Source: Scyliorhinus canicula (taxonomy: Eukaryota). Taken from it: 64,000 nucleotides of DNA. The notes under the pieces are model-generated. The model searched no databases. It had not been told where the DNA came from and saw only the letters and a program-made list of their open reading frames with translations. The stretch spans positions 1,325,420 to 1,389,419 of the forward strand of contig NW_024056013.1 in NCBI RefSeq assembly GCF_902713615.1. The letters run 5' to 3'. Every line of letters begins with the position of its first letter. Within the stretch, counting starts at the first letter, position 1. Shown piece by piece: positions 1 through 10,105 of this stretch. The translations under genes and the position numbers were made by a program.

Positions 1-1005
1 GCCGGGGGGAGGGGCAGATAGCCGGGGGTAGGAGCAGGGAGCCGGGGGAAGTGGCAGGGAGCCGGGGGAAGGGGCAGAGAGCCGGGGGTAGGAGCAGAGA
101 GCCGGGGGAAGGAGCAGAGAGCCGGGTCGGTGCAGAGAGCCGGGGAAGGCGCAGAGAGAAGGGAGACGGTGGAGAGAGCCGGGGTAGAGTGCAGAGAGGC
201 GGGGGAAGAAGCAGAGAGCCGGGGAAGGCGCAGAGAGCCGGGGGTAGGAGCACGGAGCCGGGGGAAGTGGCAGGGAGCCGGGGGAAGGAGCAGAGAGCCG
301 GGGGGAGGAGCAGAGAGCCGGGGGGGGGGGGGGGCAGAGAGCCGTGGGAAGTGGCAGGGAGCCGGGGGAAGGAGCAGAGAGCCGGGGGAGGAGCAGAGAG
401 CCGGGGGGGTGGGGCAGAGAGCCGGGGGAAGGAGCAGAGAGCCGGGGAAGGAGCAGAGAGCCGGGGAAGGAGCAGAGAGCCGGGGGAATGAGCTGAGAGC
501 CGGGTGAAGGAGCAGAGAGCCGGGGGAAGGAGCAGAGAGCCGGGGGATGGAGCAGAGAGCCGGGGAAGGAGCAGAGAGCCGGGGGATGGATCAGAGAGCC
601 GAGGTAAGGAGCCGAGAGCCGGAGGAAGGAGCAGAGAGCCGGGGGAAGGAGCAGAGAGCCGGGGGATGGGGCAGAGAGCCCGGGGAAGGCGCAGAAAGCC
701 CGGGGAAGGAGCAGAGAGCCTGGGGATGGGGCAGAGAGTCCGGGGAAGGCGCAGAAAGCCCGGGGAAGGAGCACGGAGCCGGGGGAAGGGGCAGATAGCC
801 GGGGGAAAGTGCAGAGAGCCGGGGTCCGGGGGAAGGGGCAGAGAGTCGGGTGAAGGAGCAGAGAGCCGGGGAAGGGGCAGAGAGTCGGGTGAAGGAGCAA
901 AGAGCCGGTGTATAAGAGCAGCGAGCCGGGGGAAGGGGCAGAGAGCCGGGGGAATGGGCAGAGAGCCGGGGAAAGGTACAGAGAGCCGGGAGACGGTGCA
1001 GAGAG

Positions 1006-1040
<35 letters not shown>

Positions 1041-1370
1041 GTGCAGAGAGGCGGGGGAGGGGGCAGAGAGCCGGGGGAAGGAGCAGAGAGCCGGGGAAGG
1101 CGCAGAGAGCCGGGGAAGGCGTAGAGAGCCGGGAGACGGTGCAGAGAGCCGGGGGGAGAGAGCAGAGAGGCGGGGGAAGGAGCAGAGAGCCGGGGGAAGG
1201 AGCAGAGAGCCGGGGGAAGGCGCAGAAAGCCGGGGGAAAGTGCAGAGAGCCGGGGACCGGGGGAATGGGCAGAGAGTCTGGTGAAGGAGCAGAGAGCCGG
1301 GGAAAGGTGCAGAGAGCTGACGCAAGTGCGGAGAGCCGGACGAAAGTCCATAGAGTGGGCGATAAGCCAT
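1..1370 (+). repeat. G-rich minisatellite (19-20 bp unit, GCAGAGAGCCGGGG(G)AAGGA) in the IgH J-C intron, truncated at the window edge
   Basis: Dozens of tandem copies of gcagagagccgggg(g)aagga from base 1 to ~1320, decaying to ~1370; G-rich on the + strand; G homopolymer at ~1008-1038. Confidence 0.95.
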
Positions 1371-2009
1371 AAGAATCGTGGTAAAGAGCACAGTGCTGGC
1401 GAAATGTTCAAAAAGCCCGCGGAAAGTGCCAGGAACAGGGAAAAGCTGAAATAACTGGGGAAAGTGCAGCGTACATGGTCAAAGCACAAGGAGCAGAAAG
1501 AAAATTCAGAGCCGAAAGTGCAGAGATGCGGAGGAAAGCGCAGAGAGCCGTGGAAAAGAGCAGAGAGCTAAACGATATTGAAGGGTCCAGGAGGAAGGTA
1601 CAGAAATCCAGCGGGAACGGCAGAGAGATGGGGACACACAGAGAGCGCGGGGCGGGGGGTGGGGGGATCGCAGACAGCCCGGCCTCAGTGACAGGCGGAG
1701 TGTGGGTTTAACACCACAATCAGCACAGCCAGGATCTTGTTGAATGAGGGAGTAGGCTCGACAGAACGAATGGCAATGTGCATGATCCTAAAATTAGAGA
1801 ATGTTGCAATTACTCAAATGTAGAGTTTTATTGTAATTATATAAAGGTGCATTCGGAAGGTGTTTTTGAAGCAAAGCCACGATTCTCTGGTTTGGGGAGT
1901 GAGGGTAGTGAGGTGCAGAGAGGAGGGGGCATCAGTCAGTTTGAACAAAGGGAATTTCCCAAAACTGCAAAGATACAAATGAAGAGACAACTTTTGTAAG
2001 ACAAATTTA

Positions 2010-2212
2010 TTGTGACGTACACAGCTCAGTTAGCTGGATTGTGACGTACACAGCTCAGTAAGCTGCATTGTGACGTACCCACCACAGTGAGCTGGATTGT
2101 GACGTACACAGCTCAGTCAGCTGGTTTGTGAAGTACATAGCTCAGCTAGCTGGATTGTGACGTAGACAGCTCAGTTAGCTGGATTGTGACGTACACAGCT
2201 CAGTTAGCTGGA
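2010..2212 (+). repeat. 7 x 29 bp tandem repeat (TTGTGACGTACACAGCTCAGTTAGCTGGA)
   Basis: Units start at 2010, 2039, 2068, 2097, 2126, 2155, 2184; 14 AGCT tetramers counted in 203 bp. Confidence 0.95.
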
Positions 2213-2390
2213 CGGCTGGTTCATGACGAAGAGCGATCCCAACAGCGTGGGTTCAATTGCTGCACCGGCTGAGGTTATTCATGGAGATCCCCATTCTCAA
2301 CCTTGCCCCTCGCCCGATGTGTGGTGACCCTAAAGTTAAATCACCACAGTCAGCTCTCAAAGGGAAAGAACAGTCTCCGGGACTGTGGCC
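2195..2390 (+). mobile_element. tRNA-derived SINE (A/B box head), same family as the copy at ~23110-23335
   Basis: agctcagttagctggacggctggtt...gggttcaatt... aligns by eye with ttagctcagttggctggacggctggttt...ggattcaactccc at 23118; shared 3' part ttaaatcaccacagtcagctctc / ttaaattacccccagtcagctctc. Confidence 0.75.
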
Positions 2391-2392
2391 TC

Positions 2393-2400
2393 ATTTGCAT
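2393..2400 (+). promoter_or_regulatory. Perfect octamer motif ATTTGCAT in the J-C intron
   Basis: ATTTGCAT at 2393-2400, ~320 bp 5' of Cmu1. Octamers are established Ig enhancer/promoter elements, but function here is unproven. Confidence 0.35.
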
Positions 2401-2719
2401 TTTATATTACATGGTTGCTGAAATAATGGAGAAAACTCTCTGCTCCTCTCTTTCAATCCAATGAAAGTTACACCATTCAGATTACATCAAAATGTGGGGT
2501 TTTTTTTGATAGAGACGGAGAAAGAGGTGAGTTTCTGAAGAAGGGACAAAAAGTAGGTGATTCCGAACGATAGAACTGATAGAAGATTCAATGTGGATGT
2601 GGGATTTAATCGGAAATGTTAGGATAAAATCATAGTTCTAGTCAAATTATGAAATGCTTGGTTACTTATAAATCACAAATACCAGAGTCTAACTTGTTGA
2701 ATGGGCCATTCTCCCCCAG

Positions 2720-3016
2720 TGACACCGACTCCGCCCACTCTCTACAGCCTGGTCTCCTCCTGTCAGCAACACACCGACGGCTCCGTGACCTTTGGCTGTT
2801 TAGCGATGGACTACTCCCCAGAAATCACCAGCCTCACCTGGAAGAAAGATGGGCAGCTGATCACCACTGGAGTTAAGAAATACCCATCAGTAAAAAACAA
2901 GAAGGGAACCTACACCCTGAGCAGCCAGTTAACCATCACCGAGTCAGAGGGGGAATGCAGCAACATCAGCTGTGAGGTTCGACACAGCGTCTCAGACAAG
3001 AGCATTGGAATGACAT
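2720..3016 (+). CDS. IGHM: IgM heavy chain constant exon Cmu1
   Basis: Acceptor ctcccccag|t at 2719/2720 and donor t|gtaagt at 3016/3017, both phase 1; Ig C1 domain [41 protein letters not shown]. Confidence 0.95.
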
Positions 3017-3225
3017 GTAAGTGTTGTAGAAACTGTGAGAAATAGAAAACCTATGATGACCTTGTATAGGGTCTTGGATATAACTCATTTGTAATACTCT
3101 GCATATTCCTGATCCCTGGAAAATCCAGCTTAGTGTCTATTGATCACAAACATTTTTTTAAATATATGAACTCATTTTGTTTATCAATTTCTTCAGCAAG
3201 AAATATCTAATTGTGTTTCTTGAAG

Positions 3226-3534
3226 GTCCCAGAATTTATGCTCCAAATGTTCTCCTCACCGTGAGTTCCAGTGAAGAAATCACAAGACAGAAATTTGCAA
3301 CCATTGTCTGTTCAATTAACGATTTCCAGCCAAATTCAATCACGGTGAAGTGGCTGAAGAATGGACAAGCCATGGGGTCAGGAATTGTCACCTCTCCCGC
3401 CTGTGAAGTGAACGGGAACTTCTCGGTGAGCAGCCGGCTGACAGTCTCCGCTGGGGAATGGTTCAGCAAAGCGGTCTATACCTGCCAGGTCACTCATAAA
3501 GGGCTCACACAAAGTCACAACATCACCGCATCTG
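3226..3534 (+). CDS. IGHM: IgM heavy chain constant exon Cmu2
   Basis: Acceptor ttgaag|g, donor g|gtaaga, phase 1; Ig domain [36 protein letters not shown]. Confidence 0.95.
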
Positions 3535-4156
3535 GTAAGAGACACAAACAGAGGAAACAGTAAATCATCCTGCACTCTGATGTTAATCAAAATCAGGTAT
3601 TTATTAAAATCAGTACAAAGCACAGAATAACTTCTAATTTACTGCCATGTAGTTTGTGTTTCATTCTGATGTAAGAGCTGCATTTGAATTGCTCACCATT
3701 CAGGATTTGATCAGCAGAGAAATAAATGTTTGCCTCTAATTTGAAGTCATTTAGTGAGTGAGGTGGATTTGATGTCTGCTTTATCCTGATTCAGTTGATT
3801 ATATTTGAGAGGCAGTGGGTGTTATTGATAACAGCTCCAAGGAAAATTGTTGGAAAGTTCATTCAACCTATTTATAAATCAGCCTTCGGTATTAGGTTTC
3901 CGAGATGAGGATTGGAATATTTGTATTGGGAATGTTGCAATACTCGTTCATTAGAATGCCATTGGGGCTGACTGTATTTCACAATGAGAATATTTTAAGG
4001 TGACCAAACTGGTTTTCCATTGTATACAGAAGATTAATGGCGATCATTAGAAGTTTCGAAGTTGATTTATTCCCATTTAGAGAGTGAAGGCTGAATCCTT
4101 CTGTCCTGATTCTGAAGCTGAAACTTGGGTTGATTTTTAAACTTTTTTATTTACAG

Positions 4157-4468
4157 ATTTTATTTTCGGTTGCACTGCCGCCTCAGTAACAATACTGCCA
4201 CCACCAATAGAACAGGTCTTACTGGAGGCGACTGTAACCTTAACCTGCGTCATTTCGAATGGTCCTTATGGAGTCAACGTGTCCTGGAGTGAAGCGAAGA
4301 AGCCGCTGAAATCAGAGATTGCCGACCAGCCTGGGGCAGATGCTGAGAGCGTGGTCAGCAAATTAAACATCTCGACACAAGCCTGGCTGAGTGGGGCTGT
4401 GTTTGACTGTGTGGCGAGCCATCAGGACCTGCCAACTCCTTTACGAATTTCAATCCACAAAAAAATAG
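4157..4468 (+). CDS. IGHM: IgM heavy chain constant exon Cmu3
   Basis: Acceptor tttacag|at, donor g|gtgagc, phase 1; translated [44 protein letters not shown]...[22 protein letters not shown]. Confidence 0.95.
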
Positions 4469-4809
4469 GTGAGCGGTGAGACTGAAGCAATAAGTGAGTC
4501 ATTGTGTCTATTTCTAGTGTCAGTGCAGCGGTCAGTATTTAGTATTCAGTGTATTTATGGTCCATTCTGATTGGTAATTCCACGAATAAATATTTTGGGC
4601 CTGTTGATCTTAAGGGGGAAATTGATACGTAGATGAAGGAACAATGAAATAAAAGCAGTGATATGGGGTTTAGACGGAGCTAGACCAATGTCCACAAGAC
4701 TTAGGAGCAGACGTAGGCTATTCAGCCCAACAACACTGATCCAGCCTTCAATGAGATCATAACTGATCTGATGTGATGATCTTCAACTCCTCTTTCGTGC
4801 CTTCTCCCG

Positions 4810-5045
4810 CTGTTACCAGACACCTAAACGACCCCCTAACGGACTGACCTCATTAACACTACACCTCTGTATGCTTCACCCGATGCCGGTGTTAAGTAGT
4901 TACATTGTGTACCTTATGTTGCCCTGTTATGTATTTTATTTTATTTCCCTTTCTTCCCATGTACTTAATGATCTGTTGAGCTGCTTGCAGAAAAATACTT
5001 TTCACTGTACCTCGGTACACGTGACAATAAACAAAATCCAATCTC
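4810..5045 (+). mobile_element. 3' end of a 5'-truncated LINE (family uncertain) inside a CR1 fragment
   Basis: Ends ...cactgtacctcggtacacgtgacaataaacaaaatccaatc, a LINE-type 3' UTR with polyA signal and short repeat tail; flanked by CR1-like minus-strand sequence. Confidence 0.45.
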
Positions 5046-6180
5046 ATATCTCTCGACGCATTCATTGGTTTCAAATATGTCTCTCTCAACCTTGAACATA
5101 CTGAACAACCCAGAATCTACAGCCCCCTGGGTTAAATAATTCTACAGCTCCCCGACGCTCTGAGAGAGGAAATTCCTTCTCATCTCTGTCTGAAATGGGC
5201 GAACATTGACTATGTGATCCTGCACTCTGATCCGAGATGCTCCCGCAGGGGAAAACAATCTCACAGCGACTACACTCCGAAGCTCCCTGAGAATCTTTCA
5301 TGTCTCAATTAGGCTGCCTTCATTCTTCTAAACTCGAATCAATCCAGGCCCAGCCTACTTAACCTCTCCCCATAAGAAAATCCCTCCATACTCGGGATCA
5401 ACATCGTGATCCTTCTCTGGACTGCCTTCGAAACCAATCTGTCTTCCTTAGATAAGGGCACCAAAACTATTCAAAGTACACCAGGTGTAGACTGACTCAT
5501 GCTTTGTATAGTTTTAGCCAGACTTCCCCATGTTTGTATTCTATAAATAAATGTCAACATTCAATTTGTCTCCATATCACCTGCGGAACTTGCTTTTTGT
5601 GCTTTCTGCACGAGGACCCCCAATTCCCCCGTTACTTCAGCTTTCTGCAGTCTTTCTACATCTGATTAATATTCCGTTATGTTCCTCCTCCTCCCAAAGT
5701 GTCGAACCTCACATTTTCCTATATTATGTTCCATCTGCCAAGTTTTTACTCAGTAACTTAAGCCGTCTCTGTCCCTCTCTAGATTTTCTGTAACCTCACC
5801 ACTTGTCTTTATATTTTTGTCATCTGCAGCCGTGGGAATAGTACATTCATTTATTAAACACAGTTTTGAAATTTATGTATATTACATCTACTGGTTCCCC
5901 CCCCCCCCCCCCCCCCCCCCCTTTCTCGCCTTCTCGTTATCACCTCAAATAAGGGCAATAAATTTGTCAGGCACTGATTTCCCCTTCACGAAGCTGTGCT
6001 GACTCTGTTTGATTATATTGTCTATTTCTAAATGCTCAGCAATTGGATCCGTTATAATGGACTCGAACCGTTTTCCACTGACAGATGTTAAGGTCCCTGG
6101 CCTATAGTTACCTGTTTTTGACTCCCTCCCTTTTGAATAAGGGTGTTACATTGGCAGTTTCCCAATCCTTTGGGAGTAAG
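5045..6180 (-). mobile_element. Degenerate CR1 LINE ORF2 fragments in the Cmu3-Cmu4 intron
   Basis: Similar by eye to the large CR1 at 10106-13545 (e.g. ccttcattcttctaaactc, ccaaaactattcaaagtacaccaggtg, ttttccactgacagatgttaagg). Confidence 0.7.
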
Positions 6181-6469
6181 GTGGGAGGAGCCTGATGTGG
6201 AGTTTATACACCAGCACAGAACAGTTGGGCCGAATGGCCTGTTTCCCTGCTGTACACTTTCTGAAACTTTCGAATCTAATATCCGTAAATTCTCAGGGAA
6301 AAGGATTGTGTCCACCTCTGCACCGAGCTGGGAAACCGGACAGATCCCAAAGTGGAAAATGGAAACCTTTAAAATCCAACACAAAACACATTTCTCTCAC
6401 ATCTCACCGGCGGTTCCATTGTCTCCGGAATTCCCCATTTTATTGACATTTATTGTGCATTTTCTGCAG

Positions 6470-6861
6470 ATCCCAATCCGCGGGAACCGTCCGTCTCTGT
6501 CCTCCTGCCCTCGGCTGAAGACGTCTCCGCTCAGAGATTCGTCTCCCTCAGCTGCTTAGTGAGAGGTTTCTCCCCCCGAGAGATCTTCGTCAAGTGGACC
6601 GTCAATGACAAGCCGGTGAATCCCGGGAACTACAAGAACACCGAGGTGATGGTGGAGAACGGCAATAGCTCCTTCTTCATGTACAGCCTGTTATCCATTG
6701 CAGCGGAGGAGTGGGCCAGCGGCGCTTCTTACTCCTGTGTGGTGGGACATGAAGCCATCCCCTTGAAGATCATCAACAGAACGGTTGATAAATCCAGCGG
6801 TAAACCCAGTTTTGTCAACATTTCCCTCGCTCTGATGGACACCGTTAATTCATGTCAATGA
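6470..6861 (+). CDS. IGHM: IgM heavy chain constant exon Cmu4 plus secretory tailpiece (internal membrane-form donor at 6799/6800)
   Basis: Acceptor ttctgcag|at; [68 protein letters not shown]; tail has the NIS sequon and penultimate Cys; donor g|gtaaac in the GKP codon. Confidence 0.97.
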
Positions 6862-6888
6862 GAATTTATTGGTTAAATTTCGAACTAA

Positions 6889-6903
6889 AATAAAAATAAT
6901 AAA
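6889..6903 (+). terminator. Secretory-form polyadenylation signals
   Basis: AATAAA at 6889-6894 and 6898-6903, ~30 nt after the stop codon. Confidence 0.8.
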
Positions 6904-7283
6904 GGTTTTTTCCTCCAATTGTGATTTAAATATACAGCCGCTTAATTAATGGTGCTTCCACTTTGCTGATATTAGATCTGTTCAATGAGACCCGGATTTC
7001 TACAGGTCTCGGCCTCAAGGCTGATACAACCAGTGCTCCCAGCTCAGATACACCCTGGGTTAGAGACAGAGTAAAACTCATTCATTCCAGGATTCAGCAA
7101 AATATCTTCATTGACTTTCCTCCCGCTGAGGAGAAATCGGACACTTTCCCATTTCAGACAAACAAACCCATCAAATCTAGATCTCGGTGTTCCTGCTTCT
7201 CTCATTGTCCATCCCTTTAAAATTAATGTCAGCTTTAAGTTGCTGCATCACACCCACTGGGAACTGAATTGAGGGTCACATTT

Positions 7284-7640
7284 GGGCAGCAGGGTAGCAT
7301 GGTGGTTAGCATAAATGCTTCACAGCTCCAGGGTCCCAGGTTCGATTCCCGGCTGGGTCACTGTCTGTGTGGAGTCTGCACGTCCTCCCCCTGTGTGCGT
7401 GGGTTTCCTCCGGGTGCTCCGGTTTCCTCCCACAGTCCAAAGATGTGCGGGTTAGGTGGATTGGTCATGCTAAATTGCCCGTAGTGTCCTAATAAAAGTA
7501 AGGTTAAGGGGGGGGGGGTTGTTGGGTTGCGGGTATAGGGTGGATACGTGGGTTTGAGTAGGGTGATCATGGCTCGGCACAACATTGAGGGCCGAAGGGC
7601 CTGTTCTGTGCTGTACTGTTCTATGTTCTATGTTCTATGT
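7284..7640 (+). mobile_element. HE1-like V-SINE, full length
   Basis: tRNA head gggcagcagggtagcatggtggttagc...ggttcgattccc, V-domain ctccggtttcctcccacagtccaaagatgtgcgggttaggtggattgg, CR1-derived tail gggccgaagggcctgttctgtgctgtactg(ttctatg)n. Confidence 0.9.
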
Positions 7641-7695
7641 CACACAGAAACATGGACCAACAATCCCCTGTCAAAGAGAGGGTAAAGTGAAATTG

Positions 7696-7992
7696 TTAAT
7701 CCACTGTACCCCACTTCCCCAACAGAGAGAGGGGGAGGGGCTTTAGTTAATCCACTGTACCCCCACTTCCCCAACAGAGAGAGGGGGAGGTGCATTAGTT
7801 AATCCACTGTCTCCCCACTTCCCCAACAGAGGGAGGGGGAGGGGCCTGAGTTAACACACTGTACCTCCACTTACCCAACAAAGAGACGGTGAGGGCCTGA
7901 GTAATCCACTGTACACCCGCTTCCAACAATGAGTGGAGCGGCATTATTTAATCCACTGTACCCACACTTCCCCAACAAAGAGAGCAAAGGGG
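7696..7992 (+). repeat. ~51 bp minisatellite, ~6 copies
   Basis: ttaatccactgtaccccacttccccaacagagagagggggagggg repeated at ~7696, 7747, 7799, 7851, 7902, 7948. Confidence 0.85.
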
Positions 7993-9011
7993 CAATACCC
8001 ATTTTACCTCCACTTTCCCGACCAAAAGAGGAGGAAGGTGATGAGTGAATTCTCTGTATCTCCACCTCCAGCAGGGAGAACCCAAAGGGAATTTGCTGAG
8101 CTGACCAAAGAGAGGGAGATTATTAACTCAATAATTTCCCAGTCTCCAAGCAGGGAGTTTGGAAGTAAACGGTTCTCTAGACTAAGAATTCAGTTACTGA
8201 CATTACAAGACGGCATGTAGCTTACTGGCTGAAGGGTTTAAAAGACCATTATGATCAAAATGTTCTTAAAATATCTACTTATGCAACAGAATTCCTTTAA
8301 CACCCTTGTTCCTCTTATCCGTATGCTGTGACCGATTCCCCAGAATCCAAATCCAGACTGGTGATTGAATTCTCCCTGGGTTTTCACTGTTCTCTCCTGA
8401 GGCACCTCCCTGTATTTTTGCATTATGTCACCTGATGTCAGCTTGCATCTCACACAAAACACATTTATAAGCAGAAAGTTCAACATATTCTACATCGGTA
8501 CCAATAATACCCACAACTGGCAAAGCTACAGGCAGCTGATACGGATACACAGACATATAAACAGACACAAATACTACACACACATGCACACAGACCCACA
8601 ACATACACACGCTCACACGTAGACACAAACACACACATCGACACAGACATAGAAACACATGCATAAACATACACTCAGGTTCGACGAACCACACCTATTT
8701 TGACACAAAAACACACGCAAATGTATACAAAAATTCGCAAACATGCACATAAACACAAAATAGCACACGTTTATACATACACAGACACACGTGCACATCC
8801 ACACATACACACACAAATCCACACACACAAGCGGCTACACAAATGTATACAAACAGACACATACAACCACATGTCCACGCAGATACACAAACATATAAAA
8901 CCAGACAAGCAAGCTGACTGAAGAATATGAAACACAAATGTAACCAATAACATGTACATTAGCACAATTTCACGATGACACAAATATTTCCATTCAAACA
9001 GAGACAATAAA

Positions 9012-9194
9012 TGACATGAAATGAAAATCGCTTATTGTCACGAGTAGGCTTCAATGAAGTTACTGTGAAAAGCCCCTAGTCGCCACATTCTGGCGCCTGT
9101 CCGGGGAGGCTGGTAAGGGAATCGTACCGTGCTGCTGGCCTGCTTGGTCTGCTTTAAAAGCCAGCGATTTAGCTGAGTGAACTAAACCAGCCCC
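9012..9194 (-). mobile_element. Short (~185 bp) tRNA-derived SINE, second family
   Basis: Reverse complement matches 47334-47518: ggggctggtttag...gctggct..aaagcagacc...gcgactaggggcttttcacagtaacttcatt.gaagcctact.gtgacaataagcgattttcatttca. Confidence 0.8.
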
Positions 9195-9339
9195 TAATAA
9201 TCCACAGTAACACATTTATGGGCACACGTAGACACATATTAGCAGACTTATACACATGTTAGCACAAACACACATTAGTGCACATAGAGTCATCAATACA
9301 CATCAATAGATAGTTATAAACAACCATCAACGCATAAAT

Positions 9340-9650
9340 AGCACTGCTGCCTCACAGCACCAGCACCATAAACCCGGGTTCAATTCCAGCCTTGGGTGAT
9401 TGTCTGGGTAGAGTTTCCACGTTCTCCCGTGTCTGTTCGAGTTTCCTCCACATGCTCCGGTTTCCTCCCACAGTCCAAAACTGTGCAGGTTAGGTGGATT
9501 GGCCATGCTATATTACCCCGAGTGCCCAAAGGTGGGGTTATGAGGTTCTGGGGACAGGGCAGGGGCATGCGACCAGGTTGAGTGCTCTTTCGGAGGTTCG
9601 GTGCAGGCTCAATGGGCTGAATGGCCTCGTTCGGCACAGTAGGGATTATA
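9340..9650 (+). mobile_element. V-SINE, 5'-degenerate
   Basis: V-domain gctccggtttcctcccacagtccaaaactgtgcaggttaggtggattggccatgcta. Confidence 0.8.
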
Positions 9651-10043
9651 CGATGATGATTCGACGATGAATTACACGCATCAACAAACACACACAAACG
9701 CACTTGTCCTGACACAAACATTAAGACACTGACATGCATGTTGAACATATAAAGACACATTAACACTTTTATTACTGGGCAGGGAAGTATAATTGAAGGG
9801 AGGCATTAATATATAAACATAAATTTCAACACAAAAACACACAATAAAACACTCAGACATGCACATTGACAGAAGATAAACAAAGTTCACACAGGCGCTG
9901 ACACAGAGATACACAGATTGACACATGAACACACACAATGACACTTATAAAGACATCGGGACACACAAAAGAAGAGTAAAGAAACACGAATTTCGCATCT
10001 ACACAGACACAAAAGATAAAGAACAAACACAAACGTCAGGCAA

Positions 10044-10102
10044 GGGCGGCACGGTGGCATAGTGGTTAGCACTGCTGCCTCACAGCGCCAAGGATCTGGG
10101 TT
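10044..10102 (+). mobile_element. 5' half of a V-SINE split by the CR1 insertion (3' half at 13546-13681)
   Basis: gggcggcacggtggcatagtggttagcactgctgcctcacagcgccaaggatctgggtt continues at tgatcc...gggtctctgtcccagtggagtttgcacg...aaattgccccttaattgg. Confidence 0.8.
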
Positions 10103-10105
10103 TAC

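Larger units (their letters stand above)
8530..10040. repeat. Degenerate (CA)n-rich low-complexity tracts interrupted by SINEs
   Basis: Long AC-rich runs at ~8530-9000, 9220-9330 and 9670-10040. Confidence 0.85.

Noticed and set aside
51-1391. Long ORFs on both strands (e.g. 51-491, 504-1124, 591-1391) with AESRG/PRLSA repeats
   Set aside because: Translations of the G-rich minisatellite; the unit simply lacks stop codons in several frames
2010-2212. CRISPR-like appearance of the 29-bp repeats (and of the ~98-bp repeats at 62745-63137)
   Set aside because: Units are contiguous with no unique spacers, the context is eukaryotic and there are no cas genes
1370-2719. Possible JH segment or recombination signal sequences before Cmu1
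   Set aside because: I saw no WGxG-type J motif or heptamer-spacer-nonamer by eye; CACAGTG-like hits (e.g. ~2083) lack a nonamer. Not an exhaustive scan
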